This document shows, in pieces, positions 11,990-25,875 of a DNA stretch of 64,000 nt (position 1 is the stretch's first letter; each line of letters begins with the position of its first letter). A model generated the notes under the pieces. It was given only the letters and a program-made list of their open reading frames with translations, was not told the origin of the DNA and made no database searches. This DNA comes from Takakia lepidozioides (taxonomy: Eukaryota > Plantae > Bryophyta), in the NCBI GenBank assembly GCA_030704615.1, contig CM060733.1, forward strand, positions 47,182,001 through 47,246,000. Direction: 5' to 3'. Both the position numbers and the translations under genes were made by a program.

Positions 11990-14173
11990 ATGCCGGGTAC
12001 AAAGGACCGGCTGTTGCTCACATACTTTGCCTCTGACATCCCATACACACTTCCTCTACTTGTTGCGTCCAATAGCCAGCCCATCCCAGCTTTCTGGTTT
12101 GAACCAGCAGGGTTTTCCTTCCATGGGGTCGTCCTCCGGGTTTTAGGGTTTGATAAAAAGCCAGACGGCGAAGATGAGTTTCTCTCAGAGAAGAAGGAGA
12201 AGAGCACATCCTCTCCCTCCATAGACTCTTCTCATTTTAAGGGAAAGAAAAAGTCTGCCGATGGGGCAGAGGTGCAAGATCATTATGCCCTGTTAGGTCT
12301 CAATCATCTAAGGTTCCTTGCCACCGAAGATCAGATCAGGAAGAGCTACAGGGAGGCTGCACTCAAACACCATCCTGACAAGCAAGCTGCACTCCTGCTC
12401 ACAGAGGAAACTGAAGAGAAGAAACAGGCCAAGAAAGAGGAGATTGACCGACATTTCAAAGCCATTCAGTTAGCATATGAAGTGCTAATAGACCCTGGCA
12501 AGCGGCGAGTGTATGATTCTATTGACGAATTTGATGATGAAGTTCCAAGTGACTGTGCTCTCGAGGATTTCTTTAAAGTTTTTGGACCAGTTTTTATGCG
12601 AAATGGACGTTGGTCTGTGGTTCAGCCAGTCCCTTCACTTGGAGAGGCTGACTCTGGTATGGCAGATGTTGACAAGTTCTATGATTTCTGGTATTCATTT
12701 AGAAGTTGGCGGGAGTTTCCACATGCCGACGAGTTTGACCTTGAAGCATCTGAAAGCCGTGAGCACAAGCGGTGGATGGAACGACAAAATGCCAAGTTTC
12801 GGGAGAAAGCTAAAAAGGAGGAGAATGCTCGGATTAGGTTGATGGTGGAGAATGCTTACAAGCGGGACCCTAGGATTATTCGCAGGAAAGAGGAAGAGAA
12901 AGCAGAAAAGCTCCGCAAGAAACAGGCTAAGGTTCAAGCCAAGAAAGAGAAGGAGGAGGAGGCTGCCCGGCTTGTTGAAGAAGAGAAGTTAAGGAAGGAA
13001 GAGGAGGACAAACGAGCTGCTGAAGAGGCGGCTGCCCAGAAAAAAGTGAAGGAGAAGGAGAAAAAGCTGCTGAGAAAGGAGAAATCTAGGCTGCGGACAG
13101 CAGCAGCAGCTGTGATTTCCAGAAAGGCATTGGGGGTTTCAGATGACGATGTTGAGAGCCTGTGCATGTCGCTGGATATATTGCAGCTTCGAGGCCTATG
13201 TGAGAGAGTTGAGGGTGCGAAGGATAGTAATATGCAGGCAGGGATCCTAAGGGTTGCACTGTCCAGGGGGGAAAATATCTCTTCTCTTGCCTCTGAATCT
13301 TTGCATGCTTTTACCATATCCAATACTGGTACTGGCTCTCCAACCAACCCTAATTCCGACACTTCTTCCACACAGTCTGGTAGTGAAACTAAGTTTGATG
13401 CAGTGAAGGGCAGTCCCAGTGATAGTGGGAAGACTTACATTGAAGGTGCAGAGCAGGAGCAAGGGAAGAAAGCAACAACTGCCTTCATTGGAGGAGAGAA
13501 AAGGGAGAAACCATGGAGCAAAGAGGAGGTAGACCTATTGCGGAAGGCAGTAGCAAAGTATCCGAAGGGTACTTCACAGCGCTGGGAAGTGGTGGCGAAT
13601 TACATTGGTACAGGTCGAGCAGTGGAAGAAATTTTGAGGGCCATCAAGACAGTACTCTTGCAGAAGCCCGACTCTTCAAAAGCCTTTGATTCTTTCCTTC
13701 AGAAGAGAAAATCCCCTAGTGTTGTCATAGCTTCTCCTCTGTCCACTAGGGAGGACAGGGTAGTGGACACGCAAGTTGGAGAGGCACCCCCAGTGGTCCA
13801 GGTTGCTAATGGAACTGAGGTAGCTGGTCAAAGTGAAGAAATCATTGAGAAAGAAATAGAGAAGAATAGGGTCGTAGAGGAGGGGGATAGGACAGAAAAT
13901 GGGAGCAAGGCTGAGAATGGGACAGACTCCAAAAGGGAACAGGAGAGGCTTGCGCACAGTAATGGATCGGCCACGAATGGTACTGTCGCTGAGGAATCAT
14001 GGTCTGATATCCAGGAGCTGGCACTAGTGAAGGCTCTCAAGACTTTCCCAAAGGATACCCCTCAGAGGTGGGAGAGGATCTCGGCGGCTGTTCCAGCGAA
14101 GACCAAGGCTCAATGCTTCAAGAAGTTTGCCGAGTTGAGAGACAATTTTAGGAATAAGAAGGGTGGCGAGTGA
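11990..14173 (+). CDS. ZRF1: DnaJ homolog subfamily C member 2 / zuotin-related factor (J domain, zuotin middle domain, two SANT/Myb repeats), 727 aa, single coding exon
   Basis: QDHYALLGL..LKHHPDK (J domain); FYDFWYSFRSWREF..AESREHKRWMERQN (zuotin); KPWSKEE..RWEVVANYIG and WSDIQELALVKALKTFPKDTPQRWERI (SANT repeats). Confidence 0.96.
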   Translation: MPGTKDRLLLTYFASDIPYTLPLLVASNSQPIPAFWFEPAGFSFHGVVLRVLGFDKKPDGEDEFLSEKKEKSTSSPSIDSSHFKGKKKSADGAEVQDHYALLGLNHLRFLATEDQIRKSYREAALKHHPDKQAALLLTEETEEKKQAKKEEIDRHFKAIQLAYEVLIDPGKRRVYDSIDEFDDEVPSDCALEDFFKVFGPVFMRNGRWSVVQPVPSLGEADSGMADVDKFYDFWYSFRSWREFPHADEFDLEASESREHKRWMERQNAKFREKAKKEENARIRLMVENAYKRDPRIIRRKEEEKAEKLRKKQAKVQAKKEKEEEAARLVEEEKLRKEEEDKRAAEEAAAQKKVKEKEKKLLRKEKSRLRTAAAAVISRKALGVSDDDVESLCMSLDILQLRGLCERVEGAKDSNMQAGILRVALSRGENISSLASESLHAFTISNTGTGSPTNPNSDTSSTQSGSETKFDAVKGSPSDSGKTYIEGAEQEQGKKATTAFIGGEKREKPWSKEEVDLLRKAVAKYPKGTSQRWEVVANYIGTGRAVEEILRAIKTVLLQKPDSSKAFDSFLQKRKSPSVVIASPLSTREDRVVDTQVGEAPPVVQVANGTEVAGQSEEIIEKEIEKNRVVEEGDRTENGSKAENGTDSKREQERLAHSNGSATNGTVAEESWSDIQELALVKALKTFPKDTPQRWERISAAVPAKTKAQCFKKFAELRDNFRNKKGGE

Positions 14174-17100
14174 CACCACAAGAGTAGGGACAACTCGGGT
14201 AGCAGCCGCATAGATTAGACTTGTAGGGTGAAGGAACCATTGGGGCAGTTGGCTCACAGCATTTCGCCTTCAGGGTTTGAGGGGGGAAAATTCATTCAGC
14301 CCGTCTCGCAAGAGCAGCGCTGGTTACAGTAAGTTGCTTCTGCTTTGCCTTGAAGAAATTTGTAGGAGATATGAATGGAGGTGGTCTTCAGCTTGGTCAC
14401 GAGTATATCCTACTATGCTTTTGGTTCTTATTCAATCCATACTTGCAAGCTGTGTCAAGCATGGATTATAGGTGTCATAATCCAGCAATCGAGATAGGTG
14501 CATGGTCCCCCCTATATATTTGGGTGATCACTTTACTGTTCACCTAAATATTGTGACCTACATGAATTTTGGTGTCCCTCATGCTAAAGCGGGTTTTAAT
14601 TAGTGAATCCCAACCATTTGGCTCCCATCACATTGCTGGAAACTGTTTGCTTCTCAAATCTTAACCCACTGTTATGAAGAACTCGCCAGTCTGGGAATCC
14701 ATCTTGACGAGGGCCATTGCCTGCTTTCTTACTCAATTGCACTGGAAGATGTGAGGGGGCTCACATTGCCAGCATGCAGAAGCTTTAGTAGTTTAAAATT
14801 ATTTAAAAGGAAATTAAATATAGGCCCATACTGCAGTGAAGTGCTTTCCTGAAAGTTCAAGCTTGGCAGTTACCTGTGTGTAAGTTGCTTGCATGCAGTG
14901 TAATAGATCTGTGTGTTGCTGGCCTCTTCTCCTTTTCATGCCAGTGTCTTGGGTTTTGCTGTTAAGGCTCGCTTGTCTACCAAATGTAAGTGTTGAGTTT
15001 ACTCTGCACTTTTTGGGGAAGTAGAGTTGTTTTGGCTTGATTGCTCAGGAGGTAGGACCTAGATCCTACCTTTCATTTCCAGATATAGTCTGCCAGGATT
15101 GACTATTGAGAATGGTCAGTTCACTTGAAGGGAGGGTGGTACTAACTGTGCAGTGACTAATGAAGGCAGGTGAGATGCCGGCAGTTTATGACTCACGTAG
15201 TGTTAGTTCTACCCATGGCTTATGGGTGGTACGTTTATTCAGGGAGTCTTCTAAGGAATATTCTTACTGTCGCCCTGGTTTTCTGTCTTTGCAGAGAATA
15301 CTGTCCATGAGAAGAGTAGTTGTTCTGAGCTTATGGATTTGTCAATAGCATTTACGTCTCTGGCCTATGCAAGGTTGTGGCTGTGGCAGTACCTATTACT
15401 TTCCGATCCATGCCTCTCATGGTAGTGTCGCACAGTTGAATAAGAGGAGACGTTTGTTGTCTAACTCCTACGGAACTAATACATCGTTTTCTCATAACCC
15501 TATCCGAAACCTTGGAACATTACAAATATAAACAGTGAGCCAGTACACAAACCATTTATGTTGCGATGACAGGTGCCAGGGTCGAGCATATACAATGTAG
15601 TATTTACAATGGGACTTTATTTATTACATGCACGATCAAAATTGAGTTATGTCTTCATAAAAAAACCATTGTACCGCCAGAAATCTCATATCTACGAGAC
15701 TATGGTCTACTCTGTCCTATATACATTCTTCTCCTGCGATACATCTCTTCAATTGTTTTGTACTGTAGATTCATTTTACGTGTTTGTAACGAAATTCATC
15801 ATTCATTTCAATATGCTTAGTGACTGTCAAAAGTTAAATAAATAAATAAATAAAAGTCACATCAACGAAGCAAACCCACTTAATTATATTTCAACCCGCA
15901 GTGGTTTGTATGCTATATTGGATGATAGCTACAGGCTATTAAGGGGTACATATGTGTACATATAGATATGTATAAAAGGGTAATATAGGGTCTAAAAAAA
16001 AGGTGCCACTTGTACCACTTTGCTTAAGTTCATGCTCAACAATGGAGTTACAAATCTGCTAAACTCCTTATCAGGATTTAGGGGGGAATTAATCAGATGC
16101 TCGCTGCTGTTGGTACTAGGGTAAGTTGGCCTATGACCGAACAGGCCTCTATGACCGCTTCTGTCAGTACCTATGACCATGCAGTGCTGGTCCCAAGACT
16201 CTCCATTTTTGTCACTTGGCAAACAATCATTTGATATAACCCCCAAAAAGTGTGATTGGTCATAGGGCTCTTGGTGTATACAAGCAATCTGATTGGTTCG
16301 ACTTTGAAACCCTACAACTTTGTGTAGGATTCATGAAATCAAATAGTTCCAAGTTTGTAGGTTGCCCCATATGTGGGACACCTTGTGATATTTACCTGAG
16401 GTAAAAATGACCAAAATTCACCATTAGATTTTTCACCATCGTTATTTGAACGGTCATACCCTACCCTGCTTACATGCTTGCGAAGGGCGTAAAAAGTCGT
16501 CTAGAAATTTCATTTTTTAAAATTGTTACTTTCATATGGGAAGTTTTCATCTTGACAAGAGGAGTGTCATAGTTTTAGTCATGGTTAATTAGAATTACTT
16601 ATTTCTAGTTAATTAGGATATTTAGGATATTTATATTTATATTTTGTGTGTTGGAACTTCATTTGGTCTCATATGTTAAGTGAGGTGTCAAGCCTCATTT
16701 GGGACATGGGGATAGGATTTCCCCTGGTGGGGGTGTGCTTGTAGTGAAAAGAGATGAGAAATGAGGGAAGTGGAAGACAATGAAAACACTCCAAACATGA
16801 AAGCAATCACACTAAGAGCAAACTTGCACAATGCCAATACTTTGAAGGTGTCAGAGAAGGGGCTCGTTCAACAAGGATCAAAGCCTCCGAATCTGTGGCG
16901 TCTTCAGTAATGCCTAGAGCAGGTCTCATTCTCAAACGACACGTCCAACAACTTTAACTTGATGGTAAGTATCTCTCGTCTCTCACGCCCACTCGTAACA
17001 TTCACAGCTGCCATCGTCAACACACTCGTAAGAAGAACATACTATACTATGCAACATAAACACAGTACGAGAGAATGAAGCATCGCCATGACAACAAACT

Positions 17101-19364
17101 TGAAATCACCCTTGCAAGCGTCCGCGCGTAGTGATTATTAACAGGTCAGCACGCCGTAAACTTGAACCCCTATACGAATCTAGATCTACCCGGCGTCTCC
17201 ACCAAGATTTGTGCTTAGTTGAGATATGGTGTTCTTCAACCGTGCACAGAGGGATAATGAGAAAGAATAGCCTGGAACAAGGATGCAATGCAAATGCAGA
17301 CAGAGGTACCCTGAGAAGAACTAGGCATGCATAATATCAACGTGGTGTGAACAGAAATTGTCTTACATCCCTTGTACACTCATACAGAACACCACATACT
17401 TGTCATCGGATCCTCTTTACTCAGGTTGGCAGACAACTTATACCCTCAACCATGGGTCAAGCTTATCAACATGTGTCCAAAGAAGAGAGGTCAGCCAGAT
17501 TGTTTGAAATCTAACCCCTTCATTCTGTAACGGTCACGATGTGGCCACAACTATCTTGGTTAGCTACTGCCGTCGATACTTAATACATGTCATACATGGC
17601 TCATGTCAAATCTTGATGAAAAATGAGACAATATAACAAGGAGGAACACACATTAGACGTAGGACACCTAGGGCTTTACAAACTTTGTAAGATGACTATT
17701 TGGGGGCGGCCGATGAAGGGGAAAGGTAGGTTTTTACGGCCGTACAGGGTAGTTGACTCGGCCCTTCCGAACGTGTGAACTTGGACTGCCGCACTCATTC
17801 ATGCATTCTTAAACGGCGGAAGGGCCTCATCGGCTACCCTTCCCCAATACTTAAAGTCAGAGGCAACTTGGAAGACTTGGCTGGTGCTTTGTGCAACTAT
17901 ATGCAAATGTAGGAACAGGAGACAACCGCAATTGCTCATCACCTTTGACTCTTCATGGGGATAATGCGATATCATCTGTAAATTAATGGCTTATAGACTC
18001 GCGAGTTCAATGGAAGACTCCCTCCCTGCGTTTTGGGAGCTCAATTAGCACCAGACGCTCCCCCATCAACAGCGACAAATCATAAGCAAATTAGCATCAT
18101 TGTTGCAGCTTTAGGAAAGGGAAATCCAAGGCACAATTTGTCTTGCGATCAACCTAGGAAGCGCAATAGATGTAATTTTTAAATTGCAAGCTTGTGCTTC
18201 TTGACTCTTGCTTTGTTTTTCCCTGTCGCTTTTGATCACGGAGCAATGTGTCCTCTTTAAAAACCTTCATGGCCTTTATACATCATTATTTTTTCTTTGC
18301 CTCTCTTTTAATAAAGTTCAATTTGTTGGAAATCAACTCCTTAATAAAGTTTTACAAGGCTACAATCCCCTTGTTCTCTTTTTCTTTTTCTTTAAAAAAG
18401 AAAGAAAAAGACTCCTCATCAAGTTACTGTGATAACAAATCAGTGTGTAATAATAGCAGTGCTGACAAGTCACAGTTAACAATAGAGATAAACCTCAGTT
18501 AGCTAAAGTCAGAGTTATTAGTGACTTAAATCAGAGTACTCGAATAACAGTTGGAGATATAAACTCAAATTGAGCATGGACCAGTTATGCTATAGTTATC
18601 TCAGCTATTCATGAAATAGATTTTGAGTATATATAGGGAGAGCTCGGAGGATGGATATATTGAGATCATGGTTGGGTGGAGAGCTCTCAATAAACAGTTT
18701 TATCCCTATTTTCTCCATATTCTCTGTAATTCCAACACAATTGGCCTCTGCATGCCATTTCTTTCTTTCTTTAAAATGCTCTTATTTTTAATATTAATAT
18801 TAGGCACCTAGTAAGACCTGGCCGGTTAATTAGGGAGCAAGCAAGCTAATCACAAGCGACTTGTAGGCTTTTGAAGCCTTCATTCTCATCTTACCATTTC
18901 CAAATGCCATGCTTGCTACACTCTCTTCATTTGATTTCTATTGTCTCTACACTTGGATTGTTGTTGTGATTAGGCTTGTCTACTGTCCATTGTGTCATCT
19001 TATATTACCCACTGTCACCCTGATTGTGCTCTCTTGCTTTGCTTTCTATCCTCTTTGCACTTGGATTGTTGCTATAGATACATATGGATTGGGTCATGTT
19101 GCAGACTCTCCACTATTATTATGTTATCTAGACAATAATCACTAGCATGGAGAGCTTGTAGCAAGATCTAATCCATATGTAATACAACGATTGAAAGGAA
19201 AGCAAGAGAATGCAAAAAGGATTATATTTGGTAATAACAAGATGACACGGCGGACTGTTAACAAGCAGGCTAGTGGATAGCAATTTTTTCACCCCCCTTT
19301 TTCCTTTAGGGAAAAAATTAAAATTAAAATTAAAAAAATCACTAGCCTGGAGGTTAGTAAGATT

Positions 19365-19514
19365 TTTTATTTTTTTTAGTCCAACTCTTTTTTATTTTTC
19401 ACCTCTTATAACAGGAAGATGGACACCTTCATGACACACCAGACGGTGGTTTGAACCCACACCCACATCCAACGTGGTATGTGCCCATTACCACTGGGCT
19501 ACATGCTGGTTGTC
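19365..19514 (-). mobile_element. tRNA-derived SINE (~150 bp)
   Basis: Minus strand has an A box (TAGCCCAGTGG), a B box (GGTTCAAACC) and an A-rich tail. Flanked by the direct repeat agtaagatt (19356-19364 and 19515-19523). Confidence 0.75.
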
Positions 19515-21549
19515 AGTAAGATTGTTGTTGTAAAGATGGTGGATAGCATATTGATTAACTAGGGCTTCGCGTTGCTCCGCACTACTAGCTACGAATTCTG
19601 AGAACTACCCTTCAATTTTCACAAAAAGGAGTGGGTCATCCCATGGTGTTACATACGTAGATCCCATGTTTTCGTTGTTTTTTCGAAAGAAGAACGGTGG
19701 AGTGTTGCCGAAGCTATTATATTATTTTTATTTTTCAAAGAAAAGAGGGCCGAAATCCTCTTGGCCCCTCCTCTTGGGCATCCCCAAAGTTTGACAAGTC
19801 TGATATCAATTGAAAGCACATAAAGTTTGCCACTAAGATTAAGCTAGGTAGACACCTAAGAATTCAAAAAAAAACAAGGAAAAACAGGAAGCTATTTCTC
19901 ACAAATCAGGCCCCTTCATTATAGTGAGGAGAAAATAATCTCTTTAATAAAGTTTAAGGTAAATTTTCCTTGATGTCCAATGAATTACGAGCCTACTGCT
20001 CAACACAGCCTATCGAGGGGCCAATGGATGGTTTGAAGGCACATTTTGAAGGATTGAACCCATGATCACTACCCGAGCACAAGGCTCATGGGCCAGGAAA
20101 AAACACTTGTAGGTATGCTACCTGCCAGAAGGCCAGTCTTGAGAATTGGAATTTATTAAGCAGTTCCTAGCCAGAGCCATTTTATATTGAACTACTGGTT
20201 GAGGGGATCCCTTCCAAAGCTCATACCACATTGCAAGTTTGACAGGCTGACTGGACATTCTCTTACTTCCTGTGAAGGCAGTGGAAGAGATGCACCCATT
20301 AGTCAATGTAGTTTGATCACCTATAGCATGGTGGTTATGTGTTTGTATTTAGTTTTTTCAAAAAACTGGTGCCTTGCAACCTAGCTCCATCTACGCTATG
20401 GCATGTCACTCAGTCCTCTCCCCCAAATCCCAGTCCATCACCTTCTATCTGCAACTTGCAAACACCTCTCAAACAAGTTTTAAAATGACCTTCCTCTCCA
20501 ATATACAGCATGACAAGGGCCAAAACTCCATCAGGTGAAGGCTTTCAAAGACTAGTTACAAACACTTGACAACTTGCCCTTGCAGCATCTGTGCAAGTCA
20601 ATACAAAAGTAAACAACACAACTGCTTGCATCACACACACCGGGCATAAAGAGGTTAACAACAGATTTCTGAAAGTAAAAAGCCACCTAACACATCCCAC
20701 AGGCACTGATATCATCTATATGTAAGTACAAACAGACCAAACTCAACTCCAGCCCTGCACTCAACATGTCTGACATCTACTGTGTTGTTCGCAGGGCTTT
20801 CCTTTCGACAGATTGGTGAGCTAATCCTAACAGGATGCTTAATCAGACAAAGTCTTTAAAAGTCAGTATAGGCTGGTCCTTGTCCAGGAACCTTCCAGTC
20901 TTGCAAGGATTTTCAGAAAACACCATGGACTTGCTCAAAACAATGGTGCCTGCATATTGTACTAGCTGGATTTCCATGGTGTCTGCAAGACCATCACAAC
21001 CCATTCCACCTATCTGATGAAGCATGGCATCGATTTCATCATGTCCTCCATGTCAAAGCTGCCACGCCCAACTAACCATCACAAGCACATCAAGGCGTCA
21101 CATACCCATCGCAGGTCCAATCCAAACAGCAGCCCTAATCAGGTCAACATTTTGGGCAGACCGACATTTCAAATACATCAAAGACTGCCCTACATAATAC
21201 CACTTTTAGTCAGCTCAATGAGAATCAATCCGTCAGCTTTGGAAAATACAGAAAAAAAGGTAGGGCAATGCAATTACCTCGGCGTTACTCAGCGCGAAGG
21301 CCCTCCCTTAGCGGGTTGTATCCAGTGTCAACTTCTGTGTCTGAATTCATCCGTGCAAACACGCTTCCGCCCCCTGTCACAATAGCAGGCAGTTGAAATA
21401 ACTCATTGACGAACCTTCCAGTGTGAGATCACATGCAAATCTAGCCAAATATGTGAATGTACATCAAAATTGCGTCGTTAACTCCTGTGTAAGCCGAGCC
21501 CACACATGTACTACCAATGTGTAAATTGCTTCACCCCGTTGTTTTGCAT

Positions 21550-23000
21550 TCCTTCAAATAGTTGCAGGACCTCCCTATGACAACCATGTTGGGCATATCC
21601 TGCGATCATCGCATTTCACAACACCACATTTCGTTCAGCCATACAATTCCAGCTTTGACGATGTCTCCATGGACCTCTTTCCCCTTTTCCAGAGCTCCCA
21701 GGCTTGCATACGCATTGCAAACAAAACAGATGTTGGGCTCCACCCCTTCGCACATCATTTGCTCATAGGTCCTGCATCCCGCACCCTTGCTGTGCATATC
21801 CTGCAATCATCGCACTCCACGACACCACATCTCGTTCCGCCATATTGTCGAACACTCCCTTTGCATGCTCGATGCTCCCACATTTGGCATACATGTCCAC
21901 CAGGGTATTGTTCAGGATCGCATCTGGTACGATTCCAGCTCTGACGATGTTGCCATGCACCTCTTTGCCCTTGCCATTTTCCAGGGCTGCCAGGCTTGCA
22001 CACACACTGCAAACGCACACAAACGTGATGTGGTCGGGCTTCACCCCTTCCCCCATCATTTGCTCATAGGTCTCCAAAGCATTCATACCACACCCATGCT
22101 TGGTAAATCCTGCCAACATTCTATTCCATGTGATCAAAGATCGTTGAAGCATTCTGTTGAACACTTGGTCAGCATCCATGATGCTCCCGCACTTAACATA
22201 CATGTTGATAAGGGTGCTGAGGAGGAAAACATTTGGCGTGAATCCACTTTGGATAATGTGAGTGTGCACCTGCTTTCCAGCTTCCAGACCTTTCACCTTG
22301 ATGCACTTATGCAAGAGACAGACATACGTTTCTGAATCTGCTGAAATGCCTCCTTGGTTTAAAGTCTGTAGAGCCTCTTTCAGTCTGCCTGCCTCATAAA
22401 GCATCTTCACATGCCCAGAAGTGCCAGAAGAGGCATTGTGGACTCCCTCTCTTGACCCACTTCCAGAGGCTGTGGTCATGGTTGAGGTGCCTGATTTTAT
22501 CAACTGTGCCGTTGCAGCTGCTGTTTTTAGTTGACCATCTACCCATGCAGGTTTCTTGTAGCTATTGATCCACAGGGAATCATATGTAATCTTGTGCTTG
22601 AAATCTGGCCCTCTTGGATGATTATGTACACACACTCTACCCCTGCTTTGGCATACATGTCCACCAGGGTATTGTTCAGGATCACATCTGGTACGATTCC
22701 AGCTCTGACGATGTCCCCATGGGCCTCTTGCCCTTTTCCAGGGCTGCCAGGCTTGCACATGCATTGCAAACGCACACACACGTGATGCGGTTGGGCTTCA
22801 CCACTTCGCACATCATTTGCTCATACGTCTCCAAATCCTCCATCCCGCTGCCCTGTTGTGCATATCCTGCGAGCATCGCACTCCACGACACCAGGCATCC
22901 ACCTTTTTGCCTCGATTGTCCCACCATTGACTGTGGTCAGAAAAGTATTCTTTCCACAGCTTCTCCTCGTCTATCTTACCTGTTTCTGGATACTTTGGCA
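21550..23000 (-). pseudogene. Chimeric relic: OSB/PTAC9-type PDF motif fused to PLS-class PPR repeats
   Basis: EEKLWKEYFSDHSQWWDNRGKK exon, then HPRGPDFKHKITYDSLWI..KPAWV, in frame with PPR repeats (LSTLINMYVKCGSI..; NTLVDMYAKCGSIEHAKGVFDNMAERDVVSWSAMIAGYAQQG). Frameshifts, truncation and a duplicated PPR piece are present. Confidence 0.75.
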
Positions 23001-25356
23001 GTATCATGTCAAAGTCAATCCAACTATCAAAGGTTCACCCAACCAGCTAACTTGCAGAATTCAACATGAAAATTTAGGGCTCTCCAACTCGCTGGACCCA
23101 CACCATGCCCAGCCCGATGCCCCTTGCTTACTTTCTGAAGACATCGTGTGCTCACCTGCAAGCCCGGCCGTCCAGTATGCAGCCCTCTTTAACTGTTTAC
23201 CACTTCTGAAGGTTGGTGCTCTCATTAAGCATTGAAACAGACTTTCCTGTTGTAGCAACCAAATTCAGATGTAATGAAAAAACATACCAGAGGGTCATGT
23301 CGGGCTAGGGATCGAAGAATCCCCTCCTGTCTCTCAAGGGATTTTACAGCTGAAACTTCACCCCCTCTGGGCAGGCCGCGTCTAAATGTCGTTAGACTTC
23401 TAAACTGGCGTGCCTTCTTCAACTCATCTGCAAAATCTGTACAACACAAAGAAAATCTATTGAGAGGCAGAGCCAGATTTCAAAGAAAGATTCACAAATC
23501 AAGTACATACTTGTACTAAACCGGTTATTGGGCTAATTTCTAACCTCTGACCGCCGTGGCTGCAAACTACAGGATTGGGCTCTCAATCTGGGGTCTTCAT
23601 GCACTCATTGAAGAAAAACATAAAATTTTTGCTTGTTTGATCACTGTTACTCTTCCCACGAAAGACTTACATTCCCGGCGGAAACCATCGGCCAGTTTCC
23701 ACATCCCCCCCCCCCTCTATTATACTGGTGTCCGAATCATCATAATGCAGGCCCAGTCTAGGCTTTAGGGTATTGTCTCTTCAGTCTCCAATTTACACTC
23801 ACACTGCTCTGAGTAGAGAATTGTGGCCTTGCCTTGGATGAACACAACTTTGGCTTGTACCTGCCTCCGGATGTGATCTGACTGCACCCCTCCCTCACTC
23901 CAGCAGGCTTTCCTCCAACAGAAGTGCTCAAGGAGTCCATTGAAGTTGCCTTGTCTTTGTTGCACAGCTCCCTGTCAGTTGCCGTTGATTCTTGTACAAC
24001 TTATTCCCTAGCTAACCGCTCATCTGCTTTACTTACCAATTGCACTAGCATCTCCATTATGGTCTTCTGATCCACACAGACTCGCCTAAAACGTTGGCGT
24101 GTTGGCCTATTTTTCGCGGGCCGTCCGGGCAGATTTCAAAGAAATTACGACCTGGCTACGATGACCTGGCGATGATGACGTGGCACTATGACACCCTATA
24201 CCTGCTCTACGCTAAACTAGCTTCCGACCTTCGGTCGTCGCTAGAACTTAGAGTATCATAGTTAGAGCCTCACAAGAGAGAGGTAAAGTAGTTGAGCAAA
24301 GGAAGGGCATGTTGGTGGGACTGCGTTGTTAGAGAGACACATAGGTGTCGGATCTCAGATATAGACCCGAACTCCGAGTTGTTTCTGTTTGGGAACTTGT
24401 TGAGCGAGAGAGGAACAACTTCCCAATCTGATTGATGACTTTGTTGAGTGTGGAGAATCTCGATCTCCATATTCTCTCCAAATACTCGAGATCTTTTGAT
24501 GATGTGCATGCTGAGCGTACTTCCCTGGATGTTTGCAGGTTCTGATAATGGGAAGCTCTCTTTTTCTGCTACCGTCTTCATCAGCCCTCCTCGATGTTCT
24601 GTCCTGATCCCTTCCACGTTTATTGGGATGGGATCTGGTTATACTCTCTCTGGCCTGAGATTAATTGTCGTTATGGTTTTTCCAACCTCTTTGCTTGTTA
24701 GATCCAGTCTTCATGTCATGTGGCTAAGCATTATTCTTGTGGGAGGGCGGTGAGGCGCTGCAGAGTATGAGCGTAGGATGTACTTGTGCAGGGATGAGGA
24801 GAGCGAGGAGAGTGAGAAACATCATCTTTGAGAGAGAGAGGAGAGAGAGGGGAGAGGGGAGAAGAGACAGCGCAATACATTGCAGGCACCCTCGTATGGA
24901 AGAGTGAGTGAAAGGATCCTATCTCTCTTTCTTTCAAATGGCGCTCCCCTCTGGCGATCTCAACATGTCTCTTGGATCTCGAAAGCTCGTGGTATCTGGA
25001 CTATCCTCTTCTTTCTACACACGATGCTTTGCTGATCTGTTTCTATGCGTTGAGATTTTATTGTATGTGAGGCGACTCTTAGCATGAGCAATAGTGTTGG
25101 GTGGAGACAGGGGTTTTTGCGCCTATGTCTGAACTCTAGGTTAAATTGGACTACCTGTCTTATCCTTATATGCATATGAACTTGCTCTGCTATCCTGGTG
25201 GTATAAGTTTGAGGTGGTAGTGTGCTGTAGTGTTATGTATACTCTATTTTGTTGGTCACTATCCCTCTGCATTGTTGATCTGCTGGAGGCTTTTATCTCC
25301 CTGTATTTTCCTGGTGGTTGATTTTTGCTAGAAGTTTCTATAAGCAATCACTTCCT

Positions 25357-25875
25357 ATGGTGGATCCGAAAGTGATAGCATCTGTATATTTACCTCTGTC
25401 AGGTATTGCATATCTATTGGGATGTTGATACAGAAGGGTTGAGGCAGTACATGCTGAAGTTTGGAGAGCTTGACGACACAATTGTTATGAAGGTGACCTG
25501 CAATCCTGGGATATTCCCCCAATTGCCCACTTCAGACTTGCTTCACGCCATACACGGTGCTGCTGGTGTAGTTGTGACATTGTGACCCTCTCTGTATTTG
25601 ACCTGCAAATGGCTAATGGGCATTTGCAGGATCGTTCGCGTGGATTTGGATATGTGACATTCTCAACAGCTGACGATGCTGAGGTATGTATGTTTACTCA
25701 AAGGGAAGCTGCAATGTGTTTTTGTCAACAGTAGGTAATGCATTGGCCCATTGTTAATTGACCACCAAGTGATGGGGAGATATGATTATTGTTGTGTGAT
25801 GCCACAGAGAGCTGTCTCCACACAACATTCACTGAACGGTTGGATGGTAGAAGTGAAGATGGCAACACCTATAAG
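25357..25875 (+). pseudogene. Truncated RRM RNA-binding protein gene fragment (first RRM, with introns)
   Basis: Exons VLHIYWDVDTEGLRQYMLKFGELDDTIVMK / DRSRGFGYVTFSTADDAE (RNP1) / RAVSTQHSLNGWMVEVKMATP. Short deletion before RNP1, and no downstream exons found. Confidence 0.7.

Noticed and set aside
15900-18900. Old transposase or TE debris
   Set aside because: No motif or terminus could be identified with confidence.
19430-19510. tRNA gene
   Set aside because: No convincing cloverleaf. The tail and TSD indicate a SINE.
24215-24245. Helitron 3' end (hairpin cgacc-ttc-ggtcg followed by CTAG)
   Set aside because: The following base is A rather than T, and no 5' end was identified.
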